Shown here: positions 24,301 through 36,361 of the stretch, one piece after another
Numbering within the stretch: position 1 is the first letter of the stretch
Layout: each line of letters starts with the position of its first letter
Assembly (NCBI GenBank): GCA_951406725.2
Contig: OX597830.1
Coordinates: 58,714,001-58,778,000 of the forward strand
DNA from: Octopus vulgaris
Lineage: Eukaryota
Length of the DNA stretch: 64,000 nt
Direction of reading: 5' to 3'
Program-made: the position numbers and the translations under genes
Notes under the pieces: model-generated
The model's input: the letters and a program-made list of their open reading frames with translations, nothing else
What the model was told of the DNA's origin: nothing
Database searches by the model: none

Positions 24301-27300
24301 GGACAGGCTTCGGAAGCAAAACATTCACTGGTTTCCACATTCTTCTTTCTTATTCTCTGACTAAATAATTAAAAAATAAAAACACTCCTAAAATATCCGG
24401 GAAATACTTTATTTTTTGCTGTTAAAACACAAAAATTGTTATTGGTTCACAATAAACGTTTTCTCTTCTTTTTTCTTTTTCATTTCTTTCATGAAGCGAT
24501 CGATTCCACCGAGATTTTAACTGTTCTAAGAATTCTCATTCTTTTGAAAAACTCCTCAATTTAGATTAAAGTGTGGATTTTAGTCAGATTATCATTTTAA
24601 ATACTGAAAGAATGACCCCGGACCCTTTTAGCGAAGCAATAGTTTGTGTTTTTTTTTCAAACTTATTATTTAAATAATTTTCTTTTAAGCCACCCTTTCC
24701 CTTAACTAACCCTCCTATTATTTCTCGAGAAAAATCAAATCCCGCCATAGTGAGCAATGCCTTTCGTCCTTTCAAGATGACAGTCGGTAAAATACCCAAC
24801 TAGTCGTACACTGGCATCGAGTTAATCCTTTTTATTCCTTCCTCCATCTTGAAATTTTACTGATCATACGTAAATGTTAAAAAAAAAACCAGTATTGTTT
24901 TTCAAAAACTGTGATTTCTCTAAAATGAAATATTTAATTAATAATTCAATATTTATTTAATTATTTAATTATTTTAAAGTAGCTTTGAAAAGTTGTTCTA
25001 AAGATTTTAAATCTGACAAAATTTTATCTAAATCGAGCTCCTTGTCTTCTTGTATCCGACTCCATCATCTCACCTCCCACCGTCACCATGACCCTCCTCT
25101 TCCTACGCCCAATCTAACCCCTAACTATTGCGCCCAGAGAACGTCGTCGGCCTTTCGGAATTCCCTCCTCCTTTCCCGTCTGTTTTAAACCGTGAACTTG
25201 TAACCGTTCAAGGGAAACAATAACCAATGGCCATGGGCATCACTGATTCCTGAAGACCAAACCGATACAGTTGATGATGATGATGATGATGATGACGTAG
25301 TAGTAGTAGTAGTAGTAGTAGTAGTAATGATACCTTACCCATTCTAACCCAGCAAGGGAAACTCCTCGCCTGGGAATCCTGCTGTCGTCGGCAACTTATG
25401 CAAAGATTAGCCAAAACTATTTACATTTAAGAATTCAATAACTCTGAATATTGTCATATGTTTTTCCTTTTTCCAGAATGTTCTTCGCTTTCTCTCATAA
25501 TTATACTCGGCGATGCTTTGCACAATTTTGCCGATGGCCTCACCATAGGAGCAGCGTTTTCAACATCCGCGTCGTTTGGTCTCATGACAAGCATTGCTGT
25601 TCTGTGCCATGAACTACCGCACGAATTAGGTAGGTGAAAGTTGTCTCCCTTGCACGCTCTTTAACCTAACCCTTTAAAACTAGTCTTATTTACGGGCTGG
25701 CAGAATCGGTAGCTATGTTGGGCGAAAGGCTTAGCGGTATTTCGTCTGCCGCTACGTTCTGAGTTCAAATTCCGCCGAGGTCGATTTTGCCTTTCATCCT
25801 CTCGGGGTCGATAAATTAAGTACCAGTTACTCACTGGGGTCGATATAATCGACTTAATCCATTTGTCTGTCCTTGTTTGTCCTCTCTGTGTTTAGCCCCT
25901 TGTGGGTAGTAAAGAAATAGGTATTTCGTCCATCGCTGCGTTCTGAGTTCAAATCCCACCGAAATCGACTTTACCTTCCATTCATTCGGAGTCGGATAAA
26001 ATAAGTACCAGTTGAACATTTGGGTCAATGTAATCGAATCATCCCAAGCCGGCCTTGTGGCAAAAATTTTAAATAATTATTGTTCGTTTAAATCGGCGAG
26101 CTGGCAGAATCGTTAGCACGCGGGACGAAATACTTAACGGTATTTTGCCCATCACTGTGTTCTGAGTTCAAATTCCGTCGAGGTCGACTTTGCCTTTCAT
26201 CCTTTCGGGGTCGATTAAATAAGTACCAGCTACGCACTGGGGTCGATGCAATCCCTTCCCCCAAATTTTAGGTCTTGTACCTATAGTAGAAAAGATTATT
26301 AGTCGCAGTAAGGCTTCGGACAAAATGCCACGCGTTATTTCTTCACGGGAAAGTTGGCGAAATAGCAGAATCGTTAGAACGTAAGAAAAACTATTTTGTT
26401 GCATTTCTAACACTTTATCTTTTGGTTTCGAACGGTCAACTTTGCCCTTCATTACTTCGAGATCGATAAAATAAAGCAACATTCAAGTCCCGGTTGGTAT
26501 CACCTATCGAGAAGCAAACCGCCTCGGAAAATTACTGGTTTTGTGGCCAAATAAGAAACCAAAAGCAACGAAGTGACAGAATCGTTGCAGCATCGGAAAA
26601 AACGATTTGTTTGAACTCTTTACATTCAGTGTTCAAATTCCACCAACACCAACTTCGCCTTTCATCTTCCGGGGTCGATAGAATAAAGTACTAGGTTAAG
26701 TATAGGGGTCAATTGAAAAAGTATAGCTCTTTGGCGTATGTGAAAAACTTGTCATGTTGTTGTTGGCATCCTTTTGTGTCGGGAGACAATGGAGTTGCGA
26801 ATCAGCACTGAAGTTTCCTCTCCAGTTTTGCGCAGGCCTGGGCTAGGTGTAAGAAAATCCTGGGTAGCCCAATAGTCAGGGTTCCTCTCTCGACCTTGCT
26901 GCTGACGTAGTCCAAAGGAGTGTAGAGCATTACGTTTGGCACCAGTTTGGTCGCAGGAGCTTCCGGAAGAATGTCGAGTCGAACACTAAACCGCCTATGG
27001 GGTTCCACTCCGGTTTTCTTTGACGGTTGCCTTTATATTGCCAGCTGAGCCCGGGACTCGTGTCAGGAAGGGTCATCACTCCCTGAAGCAGTGAAGAAAT
27101 CGCTGCCCACTACCTACCACTTGTCACACACATAACATTTAATTATTCGATAAATACTCCCCCCCCTCCACGCAGGAGGTGGCGGCGCCATGTTCGATTT
27201 ATTGAAATTAGCTCTGGTTCCAGAGTTACTCACATATGCATACATACATACGCACACACATATACACATACACTTGCATACGTACGCCCGGATGCATGCA

Positions 27301-27660
27301 CGCACGCATACACACGTACATACACGCATGCATATGTACATACACACATACGCACACATACCCACATACGCACACGCACACATACATACACGCACACATA
27401 CACACACGTGCATAGATACATACATACACACACACACATACACACTTTCGCTCACACACTTACATACAGATACATTCACAGACATTCATACATTCACACT
27501 CACACATACATACACACACATACACATACATACATACATACACACATACACATACATAGTATACAGACGCCTAGATACACTCACTCATATTTACAGTATC
27601 ACGTACATCCTCATGCGTGTAGAAACACACACACACACACGCACACACGCACACACACAC

Positions 27661-27692
<32 letters not shown>

Positions 27693-30626
27693 CAAAGTGC
27701 ACGCTACACCATTAAATTTCTCTCTATTTTTTCAGGGGATTTTGCTGTCCTCTTGGCGAATGGAATCGGTTTCAAACGCGCCCTCCTCTTCAACTTCGCG
27801 TCGTCGTTGACCGCTTTTGTGGGCCTCTTCATCGGATTGGGCATCTCTACTGAATTTATCGTTCGTCGGTGGATATATGCTGTGGCTGCAGGGATGTTCC
27901 TGTATATAGCATTTGTCGATTTGGTAAGTTTTGAGAAAAAGCTGGAAATATTCTCAAAGAGGAAGGAACTCTTTGTTCGTATTCTTTTGCAGGTCCTGTC
28001 TGACTGCGAAGAGAGAATCGGGTCATACGTGGAAATAATATATTTCTAAATCTCTCACAGAGATTTATGCAGTAGCAACACGATAGAGTGGTGGTATGTT
28101 GCCAACTTAATGTGACAGTCCCATGAAAGGGAAGAATACTACTGCTATTTAACCCTAGGAAACACGGCTTCCTGTCGGTCTTGACACATTTCCTGTGTCC
28201 TTATGTCTCTGGATGCTGGCTTTGCTGCGTGGAGGTGCGTATCTTCGCCTTTGTAAACATAAGGACACAGGAAATGTGTCAAGGCCGACAGGAAGCGTTG
28301 ATGCTTCCTAGGGCTAAATAGCAGTAGCATTCTTCCCTTTCATGGGACTGTCACATTAAGGGTCATACGTAGTTTGACCATCTGTCGGTTGATGGAGGGA
28401 AGCCTGAAAGAGAAGAGAATTCAAGCAGAATACAAGTACAGGGGGAAGAAGGATTGGGTAAAAATAGACGAATCTCAGTTGAGAATATCAGAAGAAAATA
28501 GGGGTGAGCCTAAGCAAAAAGGGTCTACAGCTTAGTGTGAGGACAGGGTAAGACCGTCAGTAGGAGAGGTTGGGAAGGTAAGAGGGCGGAGCGGGGGAAG
28601 AAAGTGAAATAAAATTAAGCAAGATAAAATATAAAAAAAAAAATACTGGAGTATCAGGAGATATAAGGAGGGGTTCGAAAATTGTCTAGGGGTCAACGGA
28701 AGGAATTCTGAAATTATAGGAAGTCTGCAAATTTCAGAGGTCGAAACAATTTAAGTTTAAATGTTTAAAATTTACATGCTGGTTTCGATATTCTTATTTT
28801 CCCTTTTTTTTTTTAATTCGAAAATCGAAAAAGGAAGCATTTACCAGACGTTCAATTGACCTTCTCGGAATCTAATGGAATTCAAAAGCGAATTTTTACT
28901 AAGTTTATAATTAAATAACAACCCCTCCCCACATCAATCGCTATAATACTATTTACGTTTCAAATGGATAAATATATTTAGGAGTTACAAAACAAAGGGA
29001 GATAACTTTATTGGAATACTTTATATCGTTGCGGTAAAAGTGAGCTCCCCTTAACTTTTCACACCGGATTTTGTTCACATTTCAAACTCTCGTATATCAT
29101 ATAATAATAATAATAATAATTGTGTACAGTGCTCAGGTGCACTACAACTCATCTAAAGTGTATATATAATCAGGTGTAGTTTCGGCGGATTTCGGAAAGC
29201 ATGAGGGCCTTAAAGATGCAGTGTCATGGCAGTCAACAACTGACGCAGGCAGTTTATTCCATGCTTCAGCAACTCTGAGCGTGAAAAAATGTTTCCGAAA
29301 GTCATGGGAGCTGTGTTGTTTTCTGACTTTGTAGGCATGTCCACGTGTGTTGGACACATGGAGATCAAAAAGGTGTTCAGTGTTGTTGTTGGTGAGGTGG
29401 TTGATAACTTTGTGGGTGTTTACCAAGGCCGTCGCCAAACGCCGGAGCTTCAGTGAATCCATGCCCAGGGAAACAAGGCGCTCAGAATATGGTAAAAAAT
29501 TATCATGATTTATCATTAAGATAGGTTATCTAATTACTTCTCGAGTAGTATTCATAATTTTATGCATAGTATAACAAATTATCATTGACAATAAATTGAC
29601 TTTATGGATGCACACATCACGTAAAGCTTCTTTTAACTTATCTCCACAAAACTGCGATATTAACATTCGATGAGTGTGTAGCAGAAGAATGGACGAAAGC
29701 TAAGCCTGCGATGATTCGAAGATTAAAAAATTCGAGAATCCTTCATCTAGGACATATTCCATTCCGGTGCAATGAAGAAATACATCCTTCTTTGAGCTAT
29801 ATTTACAGAAAGACTTCAACCAGGCTGCAAGCTAACGAAATTTCTCATCACTTTAGGCCGTACATAAGCATGGCGCTTATTTACATCTAGATGAGACAGT
29901 TAGGGATTTTGCTGCTTGTGGACATTTCTACCGGAAGCATGCATCAGCTCAGTTTCTTAGAATTATACAATTACCGACAAATGTGACTGCCAGAATTGGT
30001 ACCACGCCGGACAAAATACATAGCGATATTTCTTCCGGTTCTTTGAGTTAAAATGTCACCGGGGTTCACTTCGCCTTTAATCCTTTCGGGGTCGATAAAA
30101 TAAGTACCAGTTGAGAACTTGGGTCAATCTAATCGACATTCGTTACCACTCAAGATTTCTGGTCTTCTGCTAAAATTCAAAAGAGTTTGAAAGACTGAGA
30201 AAGAATAATAAATTTACAATTAAATCATAACAGACATGGTCAAACTGGCCAAGACTTCGAAGTCACTAGCAATGGTATTCTTGTTAAAGAACAATAAATT
30301 TGTATTCTACAAAAACTATTAATCCTTCAATTTAATATAAAATCGTTTTTAGCATAATTCAGCATAAAAAAAAAACATTATCTTTCTCCCCCACCCCCAC
30401 AATTAATAAATAAATGAATTGTAGTTTTCATTTTACTGTAACTTCCCAAATATTTTGTAATGTTTATATTTCTGCTTTTCAAAATATTTTTTTTTAGTTC
30501 CCAATAATGAAAAAGCATAAAACGGTGAGAAGCTTGATTAGTCTTTTCAGCAACGCTGGTTTAATTTTTGGTGTCATAATAATAACCTTACTTGGCTTTT
30601 ATGAAGAGAAAATCGTCGGCCACTAA
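2354..30626 (+). CDS. SLC39A12: ZIP12-like zinc transporter (SLC39A, LIV-1 subfamily), multi-exon gene, 5'-partial
   Basis: 13 exons join in one frame with matching phases (2004 nt). Motifs [17 protein letters not shown] (PAL region), [43 protein letters not shown] and AGMFLYI closely match ZIP12/ZIP4. Orthology to ZIP12 is by recalled similarity. Confidence 0.9.
4052..4163 (+). CDS. SLC39A12: ZIP12-like exon (ectodomain)
   Basis: ttgttag|TGT; [37 protein letters not shown]; A|gtgagt; phase 0-1. Confidence 0.8.
4655..5060 (-). mobile_element. tRNA-derived SINE, second family (as 32955-33385)
   Basis: Reverse complement of cacatggttctgggttcagt...gggcaag...gacggaaactgaaagaag...gcatggccgca. 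Confidence 0.75.
6040..7705 (+). mobile_element. R4/Dong-like non-LTR retrotransposon, 5' part, decayed
   Basis: Broken ORF: VMECYI.SEP..., FYKELNG...[45 protein letters not shown]; starts next to taataat. Confidence 0.75.
7706..8462. mobile_element. Non-coding fold-back element with ~353-nt repeat unit
   Basis: Imperfect inverted arms ~7744-8070 and 8133-8461; direct repeat 7706-7763 / 8059-8117. Confidence 0.8.
9058..9159 (+). CDS. SLC39A12: ZIP12-like exon (ectodomain)
   Basis: cttttag|CC; (T)[33 protein letters not shown]; G|gtaaga; phase 1-1. Confidence 0.85.
9261..9576 (+). mobile_element. tRNA-derived SINE (relatives ~21815-22090, ~63117-63240)
   Basis: gagttcgattcc B-box followed by tgtgtccttgagcaagac core; shared 3' region. 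Confidence 0.75.
9590..9936. mobile_element. Fold-back element with internally deleted right arm
   Basis: Outer arms 9711-9753 / 9889-9931; inner arms 9835-9855 / 9873-9893; left boundary approximate. Confidence 0.65.
9795..9848 (-). ncRNA. Hammerhead-like motif with G3-C8 core
   Basis: Minus strand tttgaca-GTGAACA-g-gtcgc(ggtcttaaa)gcgac-GAAA-atat-TT-tggcaaa. Confidence 0.55.
9969..10072 (+). CDS. SLC39A12: ZIP12-like exon (ectodomain, short His linker)
   Basis: ttttctag|AT; (D)[34 protein letters not shown]; AGA|gtgagt; phase 1-0. Confidence 0.85.
11003..13484. repeat. 27-bp minisatellite (gtgatcattcgttatcagtcatcgaac), about 90 units
   Basis: Direct tandem array; 5' flank 10928-11003 is duplicated inside it at ~11463-11540. 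Confidence 0.97.
13591..13756 (+). CDS. SLC39A12: ZIP12-like exon (PAL-motif domain)
   Basis: cttcttatag|GTA; [55 protein letters not shown]; C|gtgagt; phase 0-1. Confidence 0.9.
14546..14712 (+). CDS. SLC39A12: ZIP12-like exon (TM1-TM2)
   Basis: tttgtag|AC; [55 protein letters not shown]; CAA|gttagt; phase 1-0. Confidence 0.92.
15500..15885. repeat. Interrupted (TA)n microsatellite
   Basis: (TA)n with tgtaca and tgta interruptions. Confidence 0.95.
15885..16026. mobile_element. Collapsed copy of the 48479-48985 fold-back family, in (TA)n
   Basis: aaaaccactattaggcaaatc...cttaagccaatacat joined almost directly to the tail ctataaaattggattcaatcctaaatctg...ttccctaata. Confidence 0.8.
16547..17551 (+). 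pseudogene. Penelope-like RT C-terminus/thumb plus GIY-YIG endonuclease (partial ORF, Hydra-group-like)
   Basis: [10 protein letters not shown]...[16 protein letters not shown]; linker [15 protein letters not shown] (CxCx5C); IIYEATV...[16 protein letters not shown]; CGLCDME; no internal stops. Confidence 0.88.
17746..17808 (+). ncRNA. Type I hammerhead motif in the Penelope terminal repeat (mirror copy 16131-16193, minus)
   Basis: agataa-CCGAAGA-gatg...catc-t-GAAAC-tcaga-GTT-ttatct; perfect 6-bp stem I. Confidence 0.75.
17929..18140 (-). mobile_element. Diverged terminus of a related Penelope-like element with hammerhead (18024-18084)
   Basis: Minus strand gataa-CTGACGA-gatgccgg...ccgacatc-t-GAAAC-tcgga-GTT; tail homologous to 17839-17895. 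Confidence 0.75.
18780..18867 (+). CDS. SLC39A12: ZIP12-like exon (TM2-TM3 loop, start of TM3)
   Basis: actttag|GCT; [29 protein letters not shown]; G|gtaagt; phase 0-1. Confidence 0.9.
20614..20663 (+). CDS. SLC39A12: ZIP12-like exon (end of TM3), probable GC donor
   Basis: ttttctag|GT; (G)[16 protein letters not shown]; AAG|gcgagt. The 3' end could instead be one of two weaker in-phase GT sites. Confidence 0.8.
20943..21298. mobile_element. hAT-type MITE (relative at ~23746-23972)
   Basis: TIR-like ends tagtggttctcaacc / ggttgagaacctctg. Confidence 0.65.
21449..21487 (+). CDS. SLC39A12: ZIP12-like 39-nt exon (cytosolic HSH loop)
   Basis: aatttcag|GAA; [13 protein letters not shown]; AAG|gtaaga; phase 0-0. 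Confidence 0.8.
22441..22834 (-). mobile_element. Non-autonomous Helitron
   Basis: Minus strand A|TCtatatatataaaag ... cccgagcaacgccggg hairpin ... CTAG|T; inserted between A and T, no TSD. Confidence 0.8.
23158..23251 (+). CDS. SLC39A12: ZIP12-like exon (cytosolic loop)
   Basis: aacttag|TTT; [31 protein letters not shown]; A|gtatgt; supplies the phase 0-1 link that the flanking exons require. Confidence 0.75.
23333..23594. mobile_element. Tc1/mariner MITE with long TIRs
   Basis: TAttgggttggtgcataattattgcggc... and reverse complement ending TA; interior reads [16 protein letters not shown], a mariner-like C-terminus. Confidence 0.85.
25477..25629 (+). CDS. SLC39A12: ZIP12-like exon (TM4-TM5, metal site)
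   Basis: tttttccag|AA; [50 protein letters not shown]; G|gtaggt. Confidence 0.95.
25696..26710. mobile_element. Cluster of about 5-6 full and partial copies of the major SINE
   Basis: Repeated ctggcagaatcgttag heads and gtcgactttgcctttcatcc cores. Confidence 0.8.
26760..27110 (-). mobile_element. Probable RTE-type LINE 5'-UTR fragment
   Basis: GC-richer block with tggactacgtcagcagcaaggtcgagagagg-type sequence; family assigned from memory only. Confidence 0.35.
27736..27923 (+). CDS. SLC39A12: ZIP12-like exon (TM5-TM7)
   Basis: ttttcag|GG; [62 protein letters not shown]; TTG|gtaagt. Confidence 0.95.
28031..28360. mobile_element. Fold-back element (7706 superfamily) with TSD
   Basis: Arms 28106-28206 / 28257-28360; GGTCATACGT at 28021-28030 and 28361-28370. 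Confidence 0.8.
29099..29495 (-). mobile_element. CR1/L2-type LINE 3' end
   Basis: [19 protein letters not shown]...TRGHAYKV...[21 protein letters not shown]; (TTA)n tail. Confidence 0.85.
30498..30626 (+). CDS. SLC39A12: ZIP12-like last coding exon (TM8, stop)
   Basis: ttttttag|TTC; [42 protein letters not shown]. Confidence 0.9.
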   Translation, partial: FPIMKKHKTVRSLISLFSNAGLIFGVIIITLLGFYEEKIVGH

Positions 30627-31560
30627 AACGGTAGGTTTTCAACTATATTTCATTTATTTTAGTTTATATCATTGTTGACATCCTTTGTAGAACTTTGTAG
30701 AACAAGGAATGCCAATATCAATTTCGAAAGGCCGAAGGACGACGTTGTCCTCTGTGGAGTTTAAACTCTGAACTTAAAAGCCTATAATGAAAGATTGTAA
30801 GACATTTTGTCCGACGCACTGGCGATTCTACTAAAACACAACTTTTATTAATAAATAATGGAACTTAAGGCGGCGAGCTGGCAGAATCATTCACACACCC
30901 GTCTTTATGTTCTGAGTTCAAATTTCACTGAGATCGACTTTGTTTTTCATTCTTTCGGGGTCGATAAAATAAGTACCAGTTGCGTACCGGGGTCAATGTA
31001 ATCGACTTCGCCTCTCGCTCGAAATTGCTGGCCTTGAGTCAAAACTTGAAACCAATATAATGGAAGGCAATGACGTTTAATAAATGGATGGAACTGATCT
31101 GATGTCGACTTAACTACAGATCGATTTCGCTGGATAATGCAAAGTTTTGAAGCGTATTTGTTCCTCGTTAAAACATATAAAAAGGAAAAAAATATCTCAG
31201 TCAATTTCTTTCATTAGTTGTATGCATATGGTTTATGAAAACAAGGTAACGAGGTACCTGACTGATTCCACAACAGAACGAAGCTCCTAGTAGCCATTGG
31301 TAAGATCGAAAAGGGTTTTTTCTTTTTGCCACACTGCGTGCAACACTTAACATTTCGAGTTTTGCTCCTTCTCATGAGAGCATGAATACATTACAGCAAG
31401 CATTCGAACAAAGCGAAAATCAAGAGATGTTAAAATTCACGTTTTATCTCTAACGAACTTCTCATTTCTGTTTTTTCATATCGAATATAATTTATTGTCG
31501 ACGCTGATCATCATCGGTATCAACAGATTGAAGTATTTACTGTGTAATATCTACTTACAG

Positions 31561-31686
31561 CCGAACGGACTGGGCCAGCGAACAATTTGGACAGGAAGAG
31601 GAGTGGATATGATTCAACGACGCAACATTCGGCTATCTGTCACCCATATGCATATGTATGTACGCATACATGCATGTGCGTATGTA

Positions 31687-31738
<52 letters not shown>

Positions 31739-32235
31739 CAGTTTTTAATCACTTAAATTCTTTTGATAAAGAAGCTGGTTTCTAACAAAGACACAACACT
31801 CCATCCTTGGAATGTAGATAACAAACACAATGTCACATTTTAAACTTGAGAAAAGTCTTGCATATTTTTACTGTTCCACTTACAGAATGTATTTGTATTG
31901 TGCCAATCAGTCGGTTGATTTCGTTTTCTGTGTGCGCGCGCATGCGCTCTCAGACGTACACAAACTCCTGGATGCGAGGCTGGGCAGCATCGTTGGATCT
32001 CTCCTTCCTTCTCTTTATCTCCCTTTTCCTCTCTCTCATACACATACTACGCAAAACTCACGCGTGGGCGGTCTAATTATACACACACACACACATTTAC
32101 CCCACCACCGTCTAATATAACTTTATTTGTCCAATTCTCATACTTTTTCTAATTCATATGTATGACATTTTTATTGCAAGCATGAGGGTCCTTAAAAGAG
32201 ATCACCACCACCACCACCACCATCGTCATTATCAA

Positions 32236-32275
<40 letters not shown>

Positions 32276-32860
32276 CTTCTTCTTCTTCTTCTTCTTCTTC
32301 TTCTTCTTCTTCTTCTTCTTCTTCTTCTTCTTCTTCTTCTTCTTCTTCTTCTTCTTCTTCTGTTTCTTATTCTATACTTTTCTGTATAGTGTTTGTATAC
32401 TGTAAACCCAAACGTTTTGGTTACGCAATTTTTGGGATGTATTTTTTGCTATTCCCAAGACACCTATAATTATAAATATCTTATTGTTTATAAAACATTC
32501 ACTGTTCATCTATTAGTTTCAAGAAAATATATTTTCTGTAAATTGAAAATCAAACCTTTAATAAAATGAACTGTAAATATGATGTAGTTTATACTTTTTG
32601 ACATTCTTAATATTTTTATAAATATTTTGTATATTATATGCTTTGCTTGTCAAAATGTTTATAAATTTACAGTTTTCTGAATATAGCAACATTTTTCAAA
32701 CATATATTTTAAAGTTATAATTGTAATAAAAATATTTTAAACTTACGACGAACAGTTTTTAGTTTGTTTATATATTGCAGAAATATAATGTTAGAAAATG
32801 TTTATTCCAAATGTTATTTTTTCTTTCAACAATAAAACTTTTCAGTAATATGGTTGAATG
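31561..32860 (+). other. Putative 3'-UTR exon with polyadenylation signals
   Basis: Donor-like ACG|gtaggt 4 nt after the stop; acceptor-like ctacttacag ending 31560; AATAAA at 32560, 32725 and 32831, the last followed by GT/T-rich sequence. Confidence 0.4.
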
Positions 32861-32954
32861 TATTTTTTGTGAGGTTGTTAAATTATATAAATGTTTAATT
32901 AATATATCACAGGCTGTCTAATGCTGAAGATTTCTAAAAAGAATTGAATAGTAT

Positions 32955-33385
32955 AGGCGCAGGAGTGGCTGTGTGGTAAGTAGCTTGCTAACCAACCACA
33001 TGGTTCTGGGTTCAGTCCCACTGCGTGGCATCTTGGGCAAGTGTCTTCTGCTATAGCCCCGGGCCGACCAATGCCTTGTGAGTGGATTTGGTAGACGGAA
33101 ACTGAAAGAAGCCTGTCGTATATATGTATATATATATATATATATATGTATGTGTATGTATATGTTTGTGTGTCTGTGTTTGTCCCTCTAGCATTGCTTG
33201 ACAACCGATGCTAGTGTGTTTACGTCCCCGTCACTTAGCGGTTCGGCAAAAGAGACCAATAGAATAAGTACTGGGCTTACAAAGAATAAGTCCCGGGGTC
33301 GATTTGCTCGACTAAAGGCGGTGCTCCAGCATGGCCGCAGTCAAATGACTGAAACAAGTAAAAGAGTAAAAGAGTAAAGAGAGTA
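32955..33385 (+). mobile_element. Full-length tRNA-derived SINE, second family (also 45170-45615)
   Basis: gtggctgtgtggtaag A-box, gggttcagtccc B-box, internal TA/TG run, (aaagagt)n tail. Confidence 0.85.
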
Positions 33386-35559
33386 CTATACAGATTTATC
33401 ACCGACTAGAAATTCCCAAAACTTCGGAATAAGCAATCAAAAAATGAAGTGTGTTTATTCTATAGGTCTTAAATTTGAAATTCAATCTTCTAATCGCACA
33501 ATGTATTATGAAGAACGATTATCTCCCTTGTATAAAGTGCCCGGTAGGGAGCGTGATGTGTTTAAAATATATTTGTATGGTTAATGGAAAAGACTAGTTT
33601 CAAATATGAAATATAATCTATATGTGAAGGGATGGTTCCGTAGTTAAGTGATTCGGTTACGCAACCACACGGTCCACATTCAGTCTAGCTGCACAGGATC
33701 CTGCGTGTCTTAGGCCATAACCTCAATTTGAACAATGCTTAGCGAATAGAAGATTTTATACAAGGTACGTGAACGCTTTCTGCGCCAACAAAAGCCTAAG
33801 TTATGGGGGTCTTGGCCAAACTGTTATTAAATACAACTTAAATGTGTTCAGTGTTATTGCTCACCAACTGCGATATATAATAAACAAATAAAATAACTAA
33901 CCTTTATATACAGATACAATAAAGGTCTTCCATGCTGTCATCCGTTTATTAGTCTTTAAGATTACAATTAAGAGATTTAAAAATCTGTCTTCAGATTCTC
34001 TGGGACTGAAAACAAATCTCTCCGTTTGAAGAGGCTAATGAATATTTTATTTGTTATTGATGAATATGCTCCATTTTGGCAACCAGAAACGATTTGGTCA
34101 AATGATAAATTGTATTAATCTATGATCGAAGTTAGCATCTTGGTTGATTGTTCTCGTAGTTTTTTCTTGCGAATTTAAAACCAAACGCTTCCGTTTCTGT
34201 TTTTAGGCTTTTTCAGCCATTGTTGGTTTCACTCTTATTTCCTCTCTGTTTAATCTTGCCAAGTACTGACCATGCAATGAATGGGCTTTTCCACGAGTGC
34301 CTTTCAGCTCATTTTGGAATTCCGTTTTGATTTTTCTTTACTGTCTTTTAATATCTTCTGTTGTTTTGTCTTTAAATATTTTTCCTCGGTGAAATCCTCA
34401 TCCAGTTTCTAATTTATTGTTTCTTACTTATAAAATAAAAATAAAAATAGCAGTTTGACTTAAAGCTTCGTTTGATACACAGGACACATTTACCTCATCA
34501 GATGTTCATAAGCAGAGTAAGGGTTTCAAAAGAAATTCAAAATGGCGTCAAGATGTTTGGGTCTGTTGGTCAGCTCAGGTTGCATGGTATTAATACTACC
34601 AAAGCAACACCCGTCATTTTTTAAATTTCTACTGACAGTCCGAATATACCAACCGAGACTTAGCTAATCCACACATAAGAGCAGGATGTTTAATCCTTAC
34701 TGCGCGAATAAACCACAATCCACATATGTTGGGTGTATCACTTCAACTGTAATCCAACCCCATCAAAATAGCTAGTCCCACACAAAGACGGTTGTCGCTA
34801 ATCTGCTCAAACATAATTGAACCATGGCTTACGCGAACATCTTATCTCACTCTATGTAGTATCCAATCATGTCGCTGAATAAACTATATCACAGCCCGTC
34901 ATCAAAGTAGCGCCAGCATTCTTTCCGAACACGTGGGCCTAAAAATAAAGTAAATAACTGGTGTCGCTTTGATTGCGTTAATGTCACGTGGGATGAGCTA
35001 ACCGCAATGGACCTAAATATCAAGAAGTCGTATTAAATTTCTTTCAAACGCTCCACTCTACCTTCAAACATCTGATGGGATGGACGCGTCGTATGCGCCC
35101 ACGAAACGAAGTCATACGGAGCCTGGCCAAATTGTTGCCTAATACATGTAGCTACAATCAAATGTGTTGAGTGCCACTGTCTTCCGTTTGTTCGCTGATG
35201 TGTGTGTGTGTGTGTGTGTGTCTCATGAAGGGACGGTATCATCCAAGGAAATATTCGCCTAATACCTAATATTTCTGGGGAATTAATTTCCTTAAAATAA
35301 TAGGTGTATATAAAACCTTGTAGTTTCTATTCATGTAAAAGAAGAAAAAGAAAATGGAGATTGGAAAGTTAATAATTGTTTATTATTAACAACAAATCAT
35401 TATCGCTTTCAAGCAATACTCAGTGAATTAATTAAATATTAAATTCATATATCCTGAGCATAATAACTTCAGAGGGGAAATATACCTTTGGATGTTTTGT
35501 GTTTTTATAGGTTCATTATGGCACACTCACATTTTGCTATAATGAATCCATAAACACAT

Positions 35560-35790
35560 ATATTATTATTATTTTTTTTTCTTCTTTCAAATTTGCTTCC
35601 ATTTCTTGCCGAGTGTCTTCCCGACTCCTAGGGCAAAGAAACTCATAGTATACATTGGTAGGCCATTAAACTAAACTCAATAGTTCGTTCATTTTTTTAA
35701 TTTTTATTAAAAATTTTTTTTTTAAAGTTAAATTAAAATACATGGGTAGTAATAGTTCTCACATCGATAATGCTCTTCTCAATACGTGTG
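35560..35790 (-). mobile_element. R4/Dong-like 3' end with (TAA)n tail (same 3' UTR at ~14270-14350)
   Basis: Minus strand HVLRRALSM* then UTR; shared cttgccgagtgtcttcccgactcctagggcaaagaaactca. Confidence 0.65.
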
Positions 35791-35811
35791 ATTATTATTA
35801 TTATTATTATT

Positions 35812-36361
35812 GAGAGAGCAGTTCATGCCATCAAAGTGACACTGGGGTAAAATATACGAAGCCCAATATACCCATCATGATTACCCGTCTGATAAAGGTA
35901 CACCAGGCACATGCATCACAACCATATGTGCGCGACATGGTGATCTCATATCAAGATAAACAGCACATGACCTTGCAGGTGGAGCCCAGTTAGAATTTTC
36001 TGCAGGTTGAGTAGCCCATCCCGCTCAAACGGTCCCTGAATAAGGGTTGTTTAAGGATGTTGAAAGAACCACCCATGTTTCCAGAGGTGAACTATTCAAA
36101 CCCCAAAGAATCCCTCTCAACACATGGCTATGATGCTCCCCCACTACTTCTGCTCGTGATCAGAGATGCACATATCGTCAGCCACTAAGGGACATGCTCA
36201 ACCGGTTAAGGTCAAACAACTGACAAGCAAATCTGTGGTATTGAGCAGAATATTTGCTGTAGCCCATCTTTTATACCAAGACAAAACAATGTACATGATA
36301 ACACTTCCAATCAGTTAAGATCAGAAGCCATGAGAGCCACTGCCTGGTACTGCACCAGGAC

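Noticed and set aside
27045-27090. Minus-strand ggga-GTGATGA...tccc resembling a hammerhead
   Set aside because: No GAAA segment or stem II/III
32955-33030. tRNA-like sequences with A/B boxes (also 285, 9261, 56513)
   Set aside because: Heads of SINEs continuing into shared bodies; no complete cloverleaf seen
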